Shown here: piece after piece, positions 1-10,246 of the stretch
Position numbering within the stretch: position 1 is the stretch's first letter
Layout: the number at the start of each line of letters is the position of its first letter
Translations under genes and position numbers: made by a program
Notes under the pieces: model-generated
What the model was told of the DNA's origin: nothing
Databases searched by the model: none
The model's input: the letters and a program-made list of their open reading frames with translations, nothing else
Assembly: GCA_002363735.1 (NCBI GenBank)
Contig: DEWP01000018.1
Span: 362-64,361, forward strand
Source: Bacillales bacterium UBA3207
GTDB taxonomy: Bacteria > Bacillota_I > Bacilli_A > RFN20 > CAG-826
DNA: 64,000 bases
Direction of reading: 5' to 3'

Positions 1-7
1 TTACAAA

Positions 8-2410
8 ATGAGTTACGATCACAAGAAAATAGAACAAAAATGGATGAAGATCTACGAAGAAAAGAAACCTTTCTTCTGCGATGTTCATGATTTTAGTAAA
101 CCAAAATATTATTGTTTGGATATGTTTCCATATCCATCAGGACAAGGTTTACACGTTGGACACCCACTTGGTTATACCGCATCTGATGTCATTTGTCGTA
201 TGAAAAGAATGCAAGGCTTTAATGTCCTTCATCCAATGGGTTGGGATGCTTTTGGCTTACCTGCCGAACAATTCGCTATTAAAAACAATAAGCATCCATA
301 TGATTTTACAAAAAAGAATATCGACAATTTCCGTCACCAAATTAAGTCATTAGGTTTCTCCTATGACTGGAGTAAGGAAATTGCCACATGTGATCCATCT
401 TACTACAAATGGACACAATGGATTTTTACAAAACTATATCAAAATGATTTAGCCTATGTTGCGAACATTCCAGTTAATTTCTGTCCAGAACTTGGAACCG
501 TTTTAGCAAACGAAGAAGTTATCGATGGAAAATCTGAACGCGGTGGTTATCCAGTCATTAAGATGCCAATGCGTCAATGGGTTTTAAAAATAACAAACTA
601 TGCAGACAAGTTAATTGACGGTTTATCTACTTTAGATTGGCCAAAGTCAACTTTAGTCATGCAAAAGAACTGGATTGGTAAATCTTTAGGCGCAGAAATT
701 ACGTTTAAAGTTAAAGATAGTGATGAAAGTTTTGTTGTTTTTACAACACGTGCTGACACATTATTTGGTTGCACTTATTGCTGTTTAGCTCCAGAACATC
801 CACTTGTTAAAAAGCTCGCAAAACCTGAGAATTTACAAGCGATTCTTGGTTATCTTGATGAAGTGAAGTCTAAATCCGATATGGAAAGAACTGAACTTAA
901 CAAAGATAAAACTGGTGTTTTTATCGGTGCTTATGCAATTAATCCAATCAACGGAAAAGAAGTGCCAATTTTTGCTGCTGATTATGTTTTATATGGTTAT
1001 GGTAGTGGCGCTGTAATGGCTGTCCCTGCTCACGATCAAAGAGACTACGAATTTGCTAAGAAACACCATTTAGAGATGATTCAAGTTCTTGAAGGTGACA
1101 TTTCAGAGCACGCAATGGAAGATGATGCTAAACACATCAATTCCTCTTTTGCTAACGGATTAAATATTGAAGAAGCAAAAGAAGCCATCATTTCAAAACT
1201 TGAAGAGATGGGAGCTGGTCACAAAAAAGTTAATTACAAATTACGTGACTGGATCTTCTCTAGACAACGTTATTGGGGTGAACCAATTCCTGTTATCACT
1301 TATGAAGATGGCACGATTGAAGCTTTAAGTGAAAAGGATCTTCCATTAACTTTACCTGAACTTGAAGTATATGTTCCAAGCGGAGATGGACAATCTCCTT
1401 TAGCTAATGCTAAAGATTGGGTAAATATTGTTGTGAATGGTAAGAAAGCAAAACGTGAAACAAACACCATGCCTCAATGGGCTGGTTCATGCTGGTATTA
1501 CATTCGCTATCTTGACCCAAAGAACGATCAAGCAATCGCTGATCCAAAATTAATTAAACATTGGTTACCAGTTGATCTTTATATTGGTGGTGCTGAGCAC
1601 GCTGTTTTGCATTTACTTTATTCACGTTTCTGGCATAAATTCCTTTATGATCAAGGTGTTGTTTATTGCAGTGAACCATACAAAAAACTATTCCATCAAG
1701 GAATGATTCTTGGAGAAAATGGTGAAAAGATGTCTAAATCGCGAGGAAACGTCGTTAACCCAGATGATGTTGTTGAAGAATATGGTGCAGACTCACTTCG
1801 TTTATTCGAAATGTTTGCTGGACCACTTGAAGAAGGTTTCTTATGGTCAACAACAGGTTTAGCTGGAGCAAGACGTTTTATCGAACGTGTTCATCGTTTA
1901 TATACTGACGAAGAATTCACTAATAGATTTAGTGATGAAAATTCAAAAGAGCTTGATTTTGCATATAATGCAACAGTGAAGAAAGTCACTGAAGATTTTG
2001 AAAAATTGCAGATTAATACTGCGATTGCTCAAATGATGATTTTCATTAATGCTGTTTATAAAGCAAAATCAATTTATAAGCCATACATGATTAACTTTTT
2101 AAAAATGTTTTCATGTGTTTGTCCATTTGTCTCGGAAGAACTTTACCAATTAATGACAGGTAAAGAACTTCTAGATTATGAAAACTTCCCAACTTATGAT
2201 GCTTCAAAACTTGTTTTGAATACTGTGAAGATGGCAGTTTCAGTGAATGGTAAACTTCGTGACACAATTGAAGTTGATAAAGAAATTTCTGATGATGAAC
2301 TGAAGGAAAAATGTTTCTCCTTAGAAAACGTCAGACGTCAAATCGAAGGAAAAGAAATTAAAAAGGTCATTATCGTAAAAGGAAAAATCGTTAATATCGT
2401 TGCAATATAA
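8..2410 (+). CDS. leuS: leucine--tRNA ligase
   Basis: 800-aa ORF with class I synthetase motifs HVGHP and KMSKS and full-length LeuRS-like sequence. Confidence 0.97.
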   Translation: MSYDHKKIEQKWMKIYEEKKPFFCDVHDFSKPKYYCLDMFPYPSGQGLHVGHPLGYTASDVICRMKRMQGFNVLHPMGWDAFGLPAEQFAIKNNKHPYDFTKKNIDNFRHQIKSLGFSYDWSKEIATCDPSYYKWTQWIFTKLYQNDLAYVANIPVNFCPELGTVLANEEVIDGKSERGGYPVIKMPMRQWVLKITNYADKLIDGLSTLDWPKSTLVMQKNWIGKSLGAEITFKVKDSDESFVVFTTRADTLFGCTYCCLAPEHPLVKKLAKPENLQAILGYLDEVKSKSDMERTELNKDKTGVFIGAYAINPINGKEVPIFAADYVLYGYGSGAVMAVPAHDQRDYEFAKKHHLEMIQVLEGDISEHAMEDDAKHINSSFANGLNIEEAKEAIISKLEEMGAGHKKVNYKLRDWIFSRQRYWGEPIPVITYEDGTIEALSEKDLPLTLPELEVYVPSGDGQSPLANAKDWVNIVVNGKKAKRETNTMPQWAGSCWYYIRYLDPKNDQAIADPKLIKHWLPVDLYIGGAEHAVLHLLYSRFWHKFLYDQGVVYCSEPYKKLFHQGMILGENGEKMSKSRGNVVNPDDVVEEYGADSLRLFEMFAGPLEEGFLWSTTGLAGARRFIERVHRLYTDEEFTNRFSDENSKELDFAYNATVKKVTEDFEKLQINTAIAQMMIFINAVYKAKSIYKPYMINFLKMFSCVCPFVSEELYQLMTGKELLDYENFPTYDASKLVLNTVKMAVSVNGKLRDTIEVDKEISDDELKEKCFSLENVRRQIEGKEIKKVIIVKGKIVNIVAI

Positions 2411-3174
2411 TGAAATATTCTCTTGTTGTTGATTTAGGTAACACGAGCATAAAATATGCTGTTTTTGCTGGTGAAAAATTTGTTTGTCAGACGAAAATGA
2501 TTATTCATAATTTTTCAATAAAAGAAGCAAAAATTCTCATCAATAAAATGCTTAATGAAAACAAAATTGTTTCTTCAGAATTTGAAGACGCAATTCTTTT
2601 CAGTGTTGCTCCAAGTCTAAATAAATCAATTCAAAGACTTGTTGCATCGATTTTTAATTTAAAACTCAATATTTTCTCGGTCAATGATTTAAAGCAACTG
2701 CCCCAAGGTGTCCCACCAGAGATTGGTGCTGATTTATTGGCTGACATTATTGGAGGAATCTGCTTCTATAAACATCCTTTGTTAATTGTTGATTTAGGCA
2801 CTGTGACTAAATTCATTTTCATTGGAAAAGATGCTCAATTAGATGGTTGTTCATTTATGCCTGGAATGGATTCTTCGTTAAAAACGATGACTCATCAAAC
2901 AGAACTACTTCCAGAGCTACGTATTGAAAAGCCAAAACAAAAGATTGGTAAAAACACACTAGGCTGTATGAAGTCAGGAGTTTATTATTCAACAGTTGCT
3001 GCTTTGGATCATTTTAAAAATGTCGCAAATGAAGAATACGGTAGTCATAAAACAATCATCACTGGTGGTTACGCCGAAGTGATTAAAGATGAAATTAATG
3101 ATTCTAAATATGATGAGCTTTTAACACTAAAAGGGATGAATAAAATTCGTCTCGATATAAAGGAAGGTAAATAA
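2410..3174 (+). CDS. coaX: type III pantothenate kinase
   Basis: 254 aa. N-terminal VVDLGNTSIK phosphate-binding motif of the ASKHA fold, typical of CoaX. The start overlaps the leuS stop (TAATG). Confidence 0.85.
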   Translation: MKYSLVVDLGNTSIKYAVFAGEKFVCQTKMIIHNFSIKEAKILINKMLNENKIVSSEFEDAILFSVAPSLNKSIQRLVASIFNLKLNIFSVNDLKQLPQGVPPEIGADLLADIIGGICFYKHPLLIVDLGTVTKFIFIGKDAQLDGCSFMPGMDSSLKTMTHQTELLPELRIEKPKQKIGKNTLGCMKSGVYYSTVAALDHFKNVANEEYGSHKTIITGGYAEVIKDEINDSKYDELLTLKGMNKIRLDIKEGK

Positions 3175-3175
3175 G

Positions 3176-4513
3176 ATGAACTATCAAAATTTAATGAAAA
3201 AATATGAAAAAGAAATGCTCGAAAAATTAGTCGAGTTTTGTGCTATTCCTTCTGTTTATGATGAGACAACTAAAACAAAAGAAAAACCTTTTGGTGAAAA
3301 TGTTGATAAAGCACTGAAATACATTGGAAATTTAGGAAAAAATCTAGGTTTTGCTGTAGATTATTGTGATGGTTATGCAACAGAATTAACAATCGGTAGT
3401 GGCGAAAAGATGATTGGAATTTTTGCGCACGCTGACGTTGTTCCAGCATCGGGAAAATGGGATCACAATCCATTTGATGCATTAATCAAAGATAACAAGA
3501 TTTATTGTCGCGGATCTAGCGACGATAAAGGACCATTAATTGCCTCCCTTTATGCAACAAAAGCTCTTTATGAAGAAGGGTTAATTAAAGATTACAAAGT
3601 TCGAATTGTTGTTGGAGGAGACGAAGAACGTGGTGCTTCTTGTCTTGAATATTATTTTGATGTTCTTAAAAAAGAAGGACCTGATTACGGATTTACACCT
3701 GATTCTGATTTTCCATTAATTTATGGAGAAAAAGGAATTGCTGATTTTTATCCTGAACTCGAATTAAAGATACCAAATGTTAAATCAATCCATGGTGGTG
3801 TTGCTAGCAATGCTGTATGTGACCATGTTGAAGTAGAACTTGAAAACGTCGATGGTTTTATTGATTTCTTGAAAGAACATAATGTGAAATTTACTCTTCA
3901 AGGCAAGACGGTTATTTTTGAAGGACAATCTTGTCACGGATCAACACCTGAACTTGGCATTAATGCCGCTTTAATTTGTCTATCTTGCCTTGGCGACTAT
4001 TATAAAATCCCATCTTTAAGCTTAATTGGATATAAACTTCAAGACACAAGCGGTAAAGCATTTAATTGTTATACTCACTCCGAACTTCTTGGTGATTCAA
4101 CATATTGCGTTGGATTAATTAACTACGAAAATAATAAGCTAAGTTTTAGTGTGAATTTTAGATATGGAGAAACAACAAATAACCGAGAAATGATGGATAA
4201 ATTTGATAAATTCTTCCTTACTAAATCCACAATGAAAGATCCGCAAAAACATCTTTTATATGATCCAAAATCTACGCTTGTTCAAACATTACTTGAAGCT
4301 TATCGAAGCGAAACAAATGATATGACTGCCCCATTAACAACTGGTGGTGGAACATATGCCAAACATGCTCAAAACACCATTGCGTTTGGAGCACTTTTCC
4401 CAGGAAGAGAATCTACGATGCATGAACCAAACGAATACATGCCTCTTGAAGACTTTTATCTTTCAGGAGTGATTTATGCTCATGCAATCGATTTATTAGG
4501 TAAAAAATTATGA
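3176..4513 (+). CDS. pepV: M20 family dipeptidase (PepV-like)
   Basis: 445 aa with M20 motifs HADVVPA and GRGSSDDKGP. SD AAGGAAGG lies upstream. Confidence 0.8.
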   Translation: MNYQNLMKKYEKEMLEKLVEFCAIPSVYDETTKTKEKPFGENVDKALKYIGNLGKNLGFAVDYCDGYATELTIGSGEKMIGIFAHADVVPASGKWDHNPFDALIKDNKIYCRGSSDDKGPLIASLYATKALYEEGLIKDYKVRIVVGGDEERGASCLEYYFDVLKKEGPDYGFTPDSDFPLIYGEKGIADFYPELELKIPNVKSIHGGVASNAVCDHVEVELENVDGFIDFLKEHNVKFTLQGKTVIFEGQSCHGSTPELGINAALICLSCLGDYYKIPSLSLIGYKLQDTSGKAFNCYTHSELLGDSTYCVGLINYENNKLSFSVNFRYGETTNNREMMDKFDKFFLTKSTMKDPQKHLLYDPKSTLVQTLLEAYRSETNDMTAPLTTGGGTYAKHAQNTIAFGALFPGRESTMHEPNEYMPLEDFYLSGVIYAHAIDLLGKKL

Positions 4514-5127
4514 GAATTCGCTACAAACAATGGGCTGTAGATTATCTAAAAGAACATCCTGAAATTGTCATTGATAAAATTGATTTTAATAATCCGTTTT
4601 TTAAGGAACATATTTATTATGAAATTGGTTCTGGAAAAGGGGAATTTATTACTGATTATGCTTTAAAGCATAAAGATTTGAATTTTCTTGCTGTCGAACG
4701 AGCACAAACAATTGCTGGCATGATGGCAAAAAGATTAGAAGAAAATGAAGTTAAAAACGTCCGTGTTTTTCCTTATGATGGCGAAGTTGTTTTTGAACAA
4801 ACTCCAGAAAAGTCTGTTGACGCGATTTTTCTGAACTTTGTTGACCCTTGGCCAAAGAAGAAACATGCAAAACGTAGGCTGACTTACCATACTTTTTTAG
4901 AAGAATATTACCGTATGCTAAAACTGGGTGGAGAAATCTATTTCAAATCCGATAATGATTCATTATATGAGTTTACTTTAGAAGAGATTCCATTAACTAA
5001 ATTTAAATTAGTTTTAGCAGAAGAAGATTATATTTTTGATGAAAAAAATGATGCAATGACTGGCTATGAAAGTAAATTTCGCAGTCTTGGACAAAAAATT
5101 CATCGCATTGTTTTCAAGAAGGAGTAA
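4510..5127 (+). CDS. trmB: tRNA (guanine46-N7)-methyltransferase
   Basis: 205 aa with SAM motif EIGSGKGEF and DPWPKKKHAKRR. ATGA start/stop overlap with pepV. Confidence 0.9.
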   Translation: MRIRYKQWAVDYLKEHPEIVIDKIDFNNPFFKEHIYYEIGSGKGEFITDYALKHKDLNFLAVERAQTIAGMMAKRLEENEVKNVRVFPYDGEVVFEQTPEKSVDAIFLNFVDPWPKKKHAKRRLTYHTFLEEYYRMLKLGGEIYFKSDNDSLYEFTLEEIPLTKFKLVLAEEDYIFDEKNDAMTGYESKFRSLGQKIHRIVFKKE

Positions 5128-5129
5128 CT

Positions 5130-6230
5130 ATGGAACTTGAAGTTACATTAAAAGAACAAGGAAAGATTTCTCGTTTAACGAACAAAACATTTCAGTTTGA
5201 TCAGAAATTAGGTGAAGGCTTTTATGCCGCAAACTATTTCTTAAAATCTCGTCAAATTGTCGAAAAATATGCACCAAATCATATTGTTACAATGCAGTTC
5301 TTTCAACGCACTGATGACGCTAAATTATGTGGTGTAGATGAAGCGATTGCATTAATTCACACTTTTGCAAAATCACCGCAAAACTTGGTTATTTATGCCT
5401 TAAATGACGGAGATATTATCCAAGCAAACGAACCTGTTTTAAAGGTAACCGGCTGTTACGAAGACTTTGGATTTTTAGAAAGTATGATTGATGGAATTCT
5501 TGCTCGTAGAACTAGTGTTTGTACAAATGTCTATTGGGTTATGAAAGAACTTAATGGAACAGATATTTTTTCTATGGCAGACCGACAAGATGATTATTTA
5601 ACTCAAATTGGTGATGGTTATGCTTCTTATGTAGCTGGTATTCGCAAGGTCTCAACCGATGCCCAAGGTTACTGGTGGGGAGGAAAAGGCGTTGGAACAA
5701 TGCCTCATGCTCTAATTGAACTTTGTGGTGGAGACATTATTAAAGCTAGTGACCTTTATCACAAAACTTATCCAAATGAGCAAGTTACTGCCTTAATTGA
5801 TTACCACAATAATGTTGTCCATGATTCACTTATGCTCGCTCGTCACTTAGGAAAAACATTACGCGCGGTTCGAGTTGATACATCAAAATCATTAATTGAC
5901 CATTATTTTGATGATAAAGATACTTCTGGATTTGATCCACACGGAGTTTGTAAAGAACTGATCTTTGCTTTAAGAAAAGCGCTTGATGATGAAGGGTTTA
6001 ATCACGTCAAAATTATTGTTTCATCAAGCTTTAATAAAGAAAAAATCCGTGAATGGATTAAACTAAAAGTTCCAGTAGACACCTATGGTGTCGGAACATC
6101 ATTTGTTAACAATATGACCTGTGGATTTACAGGTGATCTTGTTGAACTTGATGGGAAAGCAGAAGCTAAAGAAGGAAGAAAAAATATTCCTTCAAATCGT
6201 CTTAAAAAAGTACCTTATCCAATCTATTAA
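5130..6230 (+). CDS. pncB: nicotinate phosphoribosyltransferase (short type)
   Basis: 366 aa with NAPRTase-like GVGTMPHALIE and DTYGVGT segments. SD GAAGGAG upstream. Confidence 0.78.
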   Translation: MELEVTLKEQGKISRLTNKTFQFDQKLGEGFYAANYFLKSRQIVEKYAPNHIVTMQFFQRTDDAKLCGVDEAIALIHTFAKSPQNLVIYALNDGDIIQANEPVLKVTGCYEDFGFLESMIDGILARRTSVCTNVYWVMKELNGTDIFSMADRQDDYLTQIGDGYASYVAGIRKVSTDAQGYWWGGKGVGTMPHALIELCGGDIIKASDLYHKTYPNEQVTALIDYHNNVVHDSLMLARHLGKTLRAVRVDTSKSLIDHYFDDKDTSGFDPHGVCKELIFALRKALDDEGFNHVKIIVSSSFNKEKIREWIKLKVPVDTYGVGTSFVNNMTCGFTGDLVELDGKAEAKEGRKNIPSNRLKKVPYPIY

Positions 6231-6243
6231 TGAAAATACTTCC

Positions 6244-6273
6244 TTGCTAAATGTAAATTGTTTCATTTATAAT
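6244..6273 (+). promoter_or_regulatory. sigma-A type promoter of the LacI-regulator/tyrS unit
   Basis: TTGCTA (6244-6249), 18-nt spacer, TATAAT (6268-6273). The LacI-operator-like sequence TGTAAATTGTTTCA (6252-6265) sits in the spacer. Confidence 0.45.
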
Positions 6274-6301
6274 GAACTTACGTAAAAGAGGAAGTTTTTT
6301 C

Positions 6302-7312
6302 ATGGAAAATCTAAAAGATCGAGTTACCATATATGAAGTTGCTAAAGCAAGTGGTGTTTCATTAGCAACTGTTTCCCGTGTTATTAATAACCAAGGAAAT
6401 GTCACAGAAGCCACTAAAGAAAAAGTTCAAAAAACTATTGCTAGATTAGGTTATAAACCATCTGGTTTAGCTCAAGCATTAGCCACAAATAAATCAACCA
6501 CAATTGGTGTCGTGATTCCTTCTGCAAACTATGTTTACATTTCCTCAGTTTTAAACGGCATTACTGAAGTCGCCAAAGAAAAAGGCTTCAACCTTTCTTT
6601 ATTTATTACATCACACTCTCGTGAAGACGCATTAAAACAACTGGATAAAGTGATTACATCTCACGTTGATGGAGCAATCATCTTTGATGATGAGCTTGAT
6701 GAAAATGATATCGCAAAACTAAATTCATATTATGTTCCAACAATTGTGATTAATAACAAAGTTGAAGGTGAAAGAGTTGGTTGTATTGTCTTCGGATTAG
6801 AACGTAATTTCAAAGATATTTTGGAGAAAGCAATTGAAAGAAATAAGAATAAAAAGCGTCTTGTATTTCTCCATGTTCATAACTGCGGAAGACTTCTAGC
6901 AAAAGCTGAAAAAACTTTTAAAAAGGTTTGTGAAGACAATAAACAAGAGTACCGCATTCTTAATGTTGATGATTCTTATACGAGAACGTATAACGACTTT
7001 ATTGGTTATTTTAAAACAAAACGTCATCAAAAGAGTTATGTCGTTGCTTATCGAGACTCTATTGCAGCTGCAATTACTAATGCAGCAACAGATTCTGGAC
7101 TAAAAGTTCCAGAAGATGTTGAAGTCCTATCGATTATTGGAACAAAATATGCTAATATTACTCGACCGACTTTGTCGACAATGAATATTAACATGCAAGA
7201 TGTCGGACGCCGAGCAATGTATATGCTCGTCGATCTAAGCAAAAATTCATTAGAAAACAAAGTCTATCGAATTGAACCAGAATACAAAAAACGTCAATCA
7301 ACAGAGGAATAA
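6302..7312 (+). CDS. LacI family transcriptional regulator
   Basis: N-terminal HTH TIYEVAKASGVSLATVSRVINN plus a sugar-binding-fold C-terminus. The track ORF starts at 6272, but ATG 6302 has SD AAAGAGGAAG at proper spacing. Confidence 0.85.
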   Translation: MENLKDRVTIYEVAKASGVSLATVSRVINNQGNVTEATKEKVQKTIARLGYKPSGLAQALATNKSTTIGVVIPSANYVYISSVLNGITEVAKEKGFNLSLFITSHSREDALKQLDKVITSHVDGAIIFDDELDENDIAKLNSYYVPTIVINNKVEGERVGCIVFGLERNFKDILEKAIERNKNKKRLVFLHVHNCGRLLAKAEKTFKKVCEDNKQEYRILNVDDSYTRTYNDFIGYFKTKRHQKSYVVAYRDSIAAAITNAATDSGLKVPEDVEVLSIIGTKYANITRPTLSTMNINMQDVGRRAMYMLVDLSKNSLENKVYRIEPEYKKRQSTEE

Positions 7313-7315
7313 AAA

Positions 7316-8569
7316 ATGAAAAATATTGTCGAAGAACTCAAATGGCGCGGATTAATAAAAGACTTCTCAAACGAAGATGAAGTTCGCGAACTCTTAAACA
7401 CTAAGCAAACAATTTATTGTGGATTTGACCCATCTGCATCATCGATGCACATTGGAAACTTTGTCATGATCTCGATGTTAATGAGACTCCAACAAGCCGG
7501 TCATAAAATTGTCGCTGTTGTTGGTGGAGCAACCGGAATGATTGGTGATCCAAGCGGAAAATCCAAAGAAAGAAATCTTCAAACTAAAGAAGCATTAAAA
7601 GAAAACACTGAAAAGATCCGCAAACAATTAGAACGTTTTATTGATTTAAGCGATCCTGAAAAAGGTTTAATTGTTAACAATTATGACTGGATCGGAAATA
7701 TGACTGTTTTAGATTTCCTTCGTGATTATGGAAAACATTTCCCAGTAAACTACATGCTTTCTAAAGACATTGTCGCATCTAGATTACAAAGTGGCGTTTC
7801 ATTTACTGAATTTTCATATATGATTCTTCAATCAATTGACTTCCTCCATTTATATCAAAAAGAAGGCGTCTCAATCCAAATCGGTGGTGGAGACCAATGG
7901 GGAAATTTAACCGCAGGTCTTGAACTGATCCGTAAAATTGAAGGAAATGAAACTAAAGTCGGATGCTTTACTGTTCCTCTTCTTCTTGATGAAAACGGTA
8001 AGAAATTTGGTAAGAGTGAAGAAGGCGCTCTTTATTTAGATGCAAACCTTGTTTCGCCTTATAAAATTTATCAATATTTCATTAACGTTTCTGATGATGA
8101 TGCGGCACGTTATTTAAAGGTGTTCTCATTTAAAGAAGTTGATGAAATCAACAAGATTATCGAACAACATTATCAAAATCTTGGGCAACGTATCGCTCAA
8201 AAAGCATTAGCTTACGAAATTATTTGCTTAGTTCACGGAGAAGCAAAAGCTGAAGAATGCCGTAAAATGAGTGAAGCATTATTCTCTGGTTCAATTAGCG
8301 AACTAACAAAAGAAAATATCGAAGAACTTTTCGGAGATCTCCGTGTTGAACTTCCAAGCGGACTCCTTTTTGAAGACCTTCTTATCCAAGCTCACGCCGC
8401 AAGTAGTAAACGCGAAGCTCGCGAATTTATTAATGGAAATTCCGTCAGCATCAACGGAGTAAAATGTACGGAAATTGCTAAGGTTTTTGATAAAAATGAT
8501 GCACTTTTTGGACAATACATTGTCTTAAAAAGAGGCAAGAAAAATTACTATTTAATTGATTTAAAATAG
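7316..8569 (+). CDS. tyrS: tyrosine--tRNA ligase
   Basis: 417 aa with HIGN (HIGH) and KFGKS (KMSKS) motifs and a C-terminal S4-like domain. SD AGAGGAA. Only 3 nt separate it from the regulator gene. Confidence 0.95.
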   Translation: MKNIVEELKWRGLIKDFSNEDEVRELLNTKQTIYCGFDPSASSMHIGNFVMISMLMRLQQAGHKIVAVVGGATGMIGDPSGKSKERNLQTKEALKENTEKIRKQLERFIDLSDPEKGLIVNNYDWIGNMTVLDFLRDYGKHFPVNYMLSKDIVASRLQSGVSFTEFSYMILQSIDFLHLYQKEGVSIQIGGGDQWGNLTAGLELIRKIEGNETKVGCFTVPLLLDENGKKFGKSEEGALYLDANLVSPYKIYQYFINVSDDDAARYLKVFSFKEVDEINKIIEQHYQNLGQRIAQKALAYEIICLVHGEAKAEECRKMSEALFSGSISELTKENIEELFGDLRVELPSGLLFEDLLIQAHAASSKREAREFINGNSVSINGVKCTEIAKVFDKNDALFGQYIVLKRGKKNYYLIDLK

Positions 8570-8570
8570 G

Positions 8571-9263
8571 ATGAAAAAAAGTTCAGCATTATTTCTTCTT
8601 TTCCCTCTTCTATGCGCTTGCTCTGGAAGAACTCTTTCAAATGAAGAAGCATATCGAATGCTGGATAGTTTTGATACAAGTTTAGAACAAATTACAACTT
8701 TCTCTTTCTATGAAAGAAAGTCTGAAACAAAAACAACATCAACAAGAACAACTAGTCTTTATCAAATCTTTTTTGAAAAAAACTTCATTCATTCTTATAC
8801 AGTCAATGAAGATGATGATGTAAGAACAAACAATACTGCGGTTGAAAACTGGGTTTTTATTCGTGACGGAATGGTTTATGAAGTCACGACAAAAGATGCT
8901 AGTGAATCTAGAAAAGGCAAAGTTTATAACGCCTACACTTATGAAAAAGATGCTTGGGAATCACGGTTAAAAACGGCATTTTTGGATATCATTAGTAATA
9001 ATCAGATGTATTTATATCGATTAAAAAACCAAATCAAAACAAGCGATGATTCAACTGTTATTATTTCAAAAAGTCGCGGAGAGAAAATGCTCAACGAAAA
9101 AGTTGTGACAAAAGGTAGCGATAACAAAGTTCTAAGAACAAAGACTTATGACTTTGAAGAATCATTAATTACGAAAGTCACTGAAGTTGAATCTTACACA
9201 ACTAAAACCATTCAATATCAATATAAAATAACGACTCAGGAAATCATGTATCCTGACTTCTAA
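8571..9263 (+). CDS. lipoprotein, function unknown
   Basis: Signal peptide MKKSSALFLLFPLLCAC|SG with a lipobox-like Cys. No recognisable catalytic motif. Confidence 0.65.
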   Translation: MKKSSALFLLFPLLCACSGRTLSNEEAYRMLDSFDTSLEQITTFSFYERKSETKTTSTRTTSLYQIFFEKNFIHSYTVNEDDDVRTNNTAVENWVFIRDGMVYEVTTKDASESRKGKVYNAYTYEKDAWESRLKTAFLDIISNNQMYLYRLKNQIKTSDDSTVIISKSRGEKMLNEKVVTKGSDNKVLRTKTYDFEESLITKVTEVESYTTKTIQYQYKITTQEIMYPDF

Positions 9264-9275
9264 AAAAAGTAAAAG

Positions 9276-9300
9276 AAAAAGGGAACAATGTTCCCTTTTA
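9276..9300. terminator. bidirectional intrinsic terminator (lipoprotein gene / rpsD)
   Basis: AAAAAGGGAAC-AAT-GTTCCCTTTT hairpin flanked by A and T runs between convergent genes. Confidence 0.75.
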
Positions 9301-9317
9301 AGTTGCTCAAATTTGAA

Positions 9318-9920
9318 TTACAGCAATCTGTTGTAGTATTCAATAACTTGTGCTTCGTTAATATCCATTGGAAGTTCGCTACGTTCTGGAACGCGGACGA
9401 ATTCGCCAGATAATTTCTCAGCATCGACTTTGACATAACCAACAGAGGCTGGTTTGCTTTCAAGTGAAGCCTTCACAACAGCTAATTCATGTCCTTCTTT
9501 GATGGCGATTTTGTCACCAACAGAGCAAAGATATGATGGGATGTCGACTTTCTTACCATTGACAGTAACGTGTCCGTGGTTAACAAGTTGACGAGCTGCA
9601 CGACGAGTTCTTGCAAAGCCCATACGATAAACTAAATTATCTAAGCGGGATTCAAGAATGCGGAAGAAGGCTAAGCCTGTAACTTCTTCACTCTTCTTAG
9701 CAAGGATGAATAAACGACGGAATTGACGTTCATTAACACCATACATTTGTTCGAGTTTTTGTTTTTCGAGCAATTGTTTGCCGTATTCAGAAGGTTTTTT
9801 CTTACGATCATTACCGTGTTGGCCTGGACCATATGGACGTTTAGCAAGTTCTTTGCCAGATTCCAAAGTGGAAAAACCAAGACGACGTGAACGTTTGTAG
9901 TCTGAACCAGTATATCTCAT
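9318..9920 (-). CDS. rpsD: 30S ribosomal protein S4
   Basis: 200 aa, typical S4 sequence (MRYTGSDYKRSRRLG...). SD AAAGGAG upstream. Confidence 0.97.
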   Translation of the reverse strand: MRYTGSDYKRSRRLGFSTLESGKELAKRPYGPGQHGNDRKKKPSEYGKQLLEKQKLEQMYGVNERQFRRLFILAKKSEEVTGLAFFRILESRLDNLVYRMGFARTRRAARQLVNHGHVTVNGKKVDIPSYLCSVGDKIAIKEGHELAVVKASLESKPASVGYVKVDAEKLSGEFVRVPERSELPMDINEAQVIEYYNRLL

Positions 9921-10076
9921 GATTTATGACTCCTTTCACTAAATGCATCATTTAGCTTGAGGTGTAAATTCCATGCTCCGGATGTCATCAGATTGATTTT
10001 CGGCCTTGAGCTAAGCTTACTCATCCACGATAGTTGAGACATCAGTCGAGCAGTATTTACATGCTTCAACAATGCG
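9921..10076 (-). ncRNA. long structured rpsD 5' leader (candidate S4 autoregulatory leader)
   Basis: About 155 nt lie between the predicted promoter and the SD. It contains hairpin CTAAATG-ATG-CATTTAG next to the SD and repeated CTCAAG/AGCT segments. B. subtilis rpsD has a leader of similar length that is targeted by S4. Confidence 0.45.
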
Positions 10077-10082
10077 AGTTAT

Positions 10083-10111
10083 ATAATAAAGAAATCAAAA
10101 ATCATTGTCAA
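10083..10111 (-). promoter_or_regulatory. rpsD promoter
   Basis: On the minus strand: TTGACA, 17 nt, TATTAT. Confidence 0.55.
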
Positions 10112-10217
10112 TATAAACTGTTCTAATATTTTTATATTAGTAGACGATTAAAATTATAATCAAGTTTAGATGGACATATTGGATTATTGTTTTTTTATAG
10201 AAAACAAGGTTCAAATA

Positions 10218-10226
10218 TGGTAATAT
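10218..10226 (+). promoter_or_regulatory. extended -10 element upstream of ezrA
   Basis: TGGTAATAT (TGnTAATAT) sits 20 nt before ATG 10247. It lies inside the N-terminal extension of the track ORF, which argues for the 10247 start. Confidence 0.35.
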
Positions 10227-10246
10227 TCTATGCGAAAGTAGACGTT

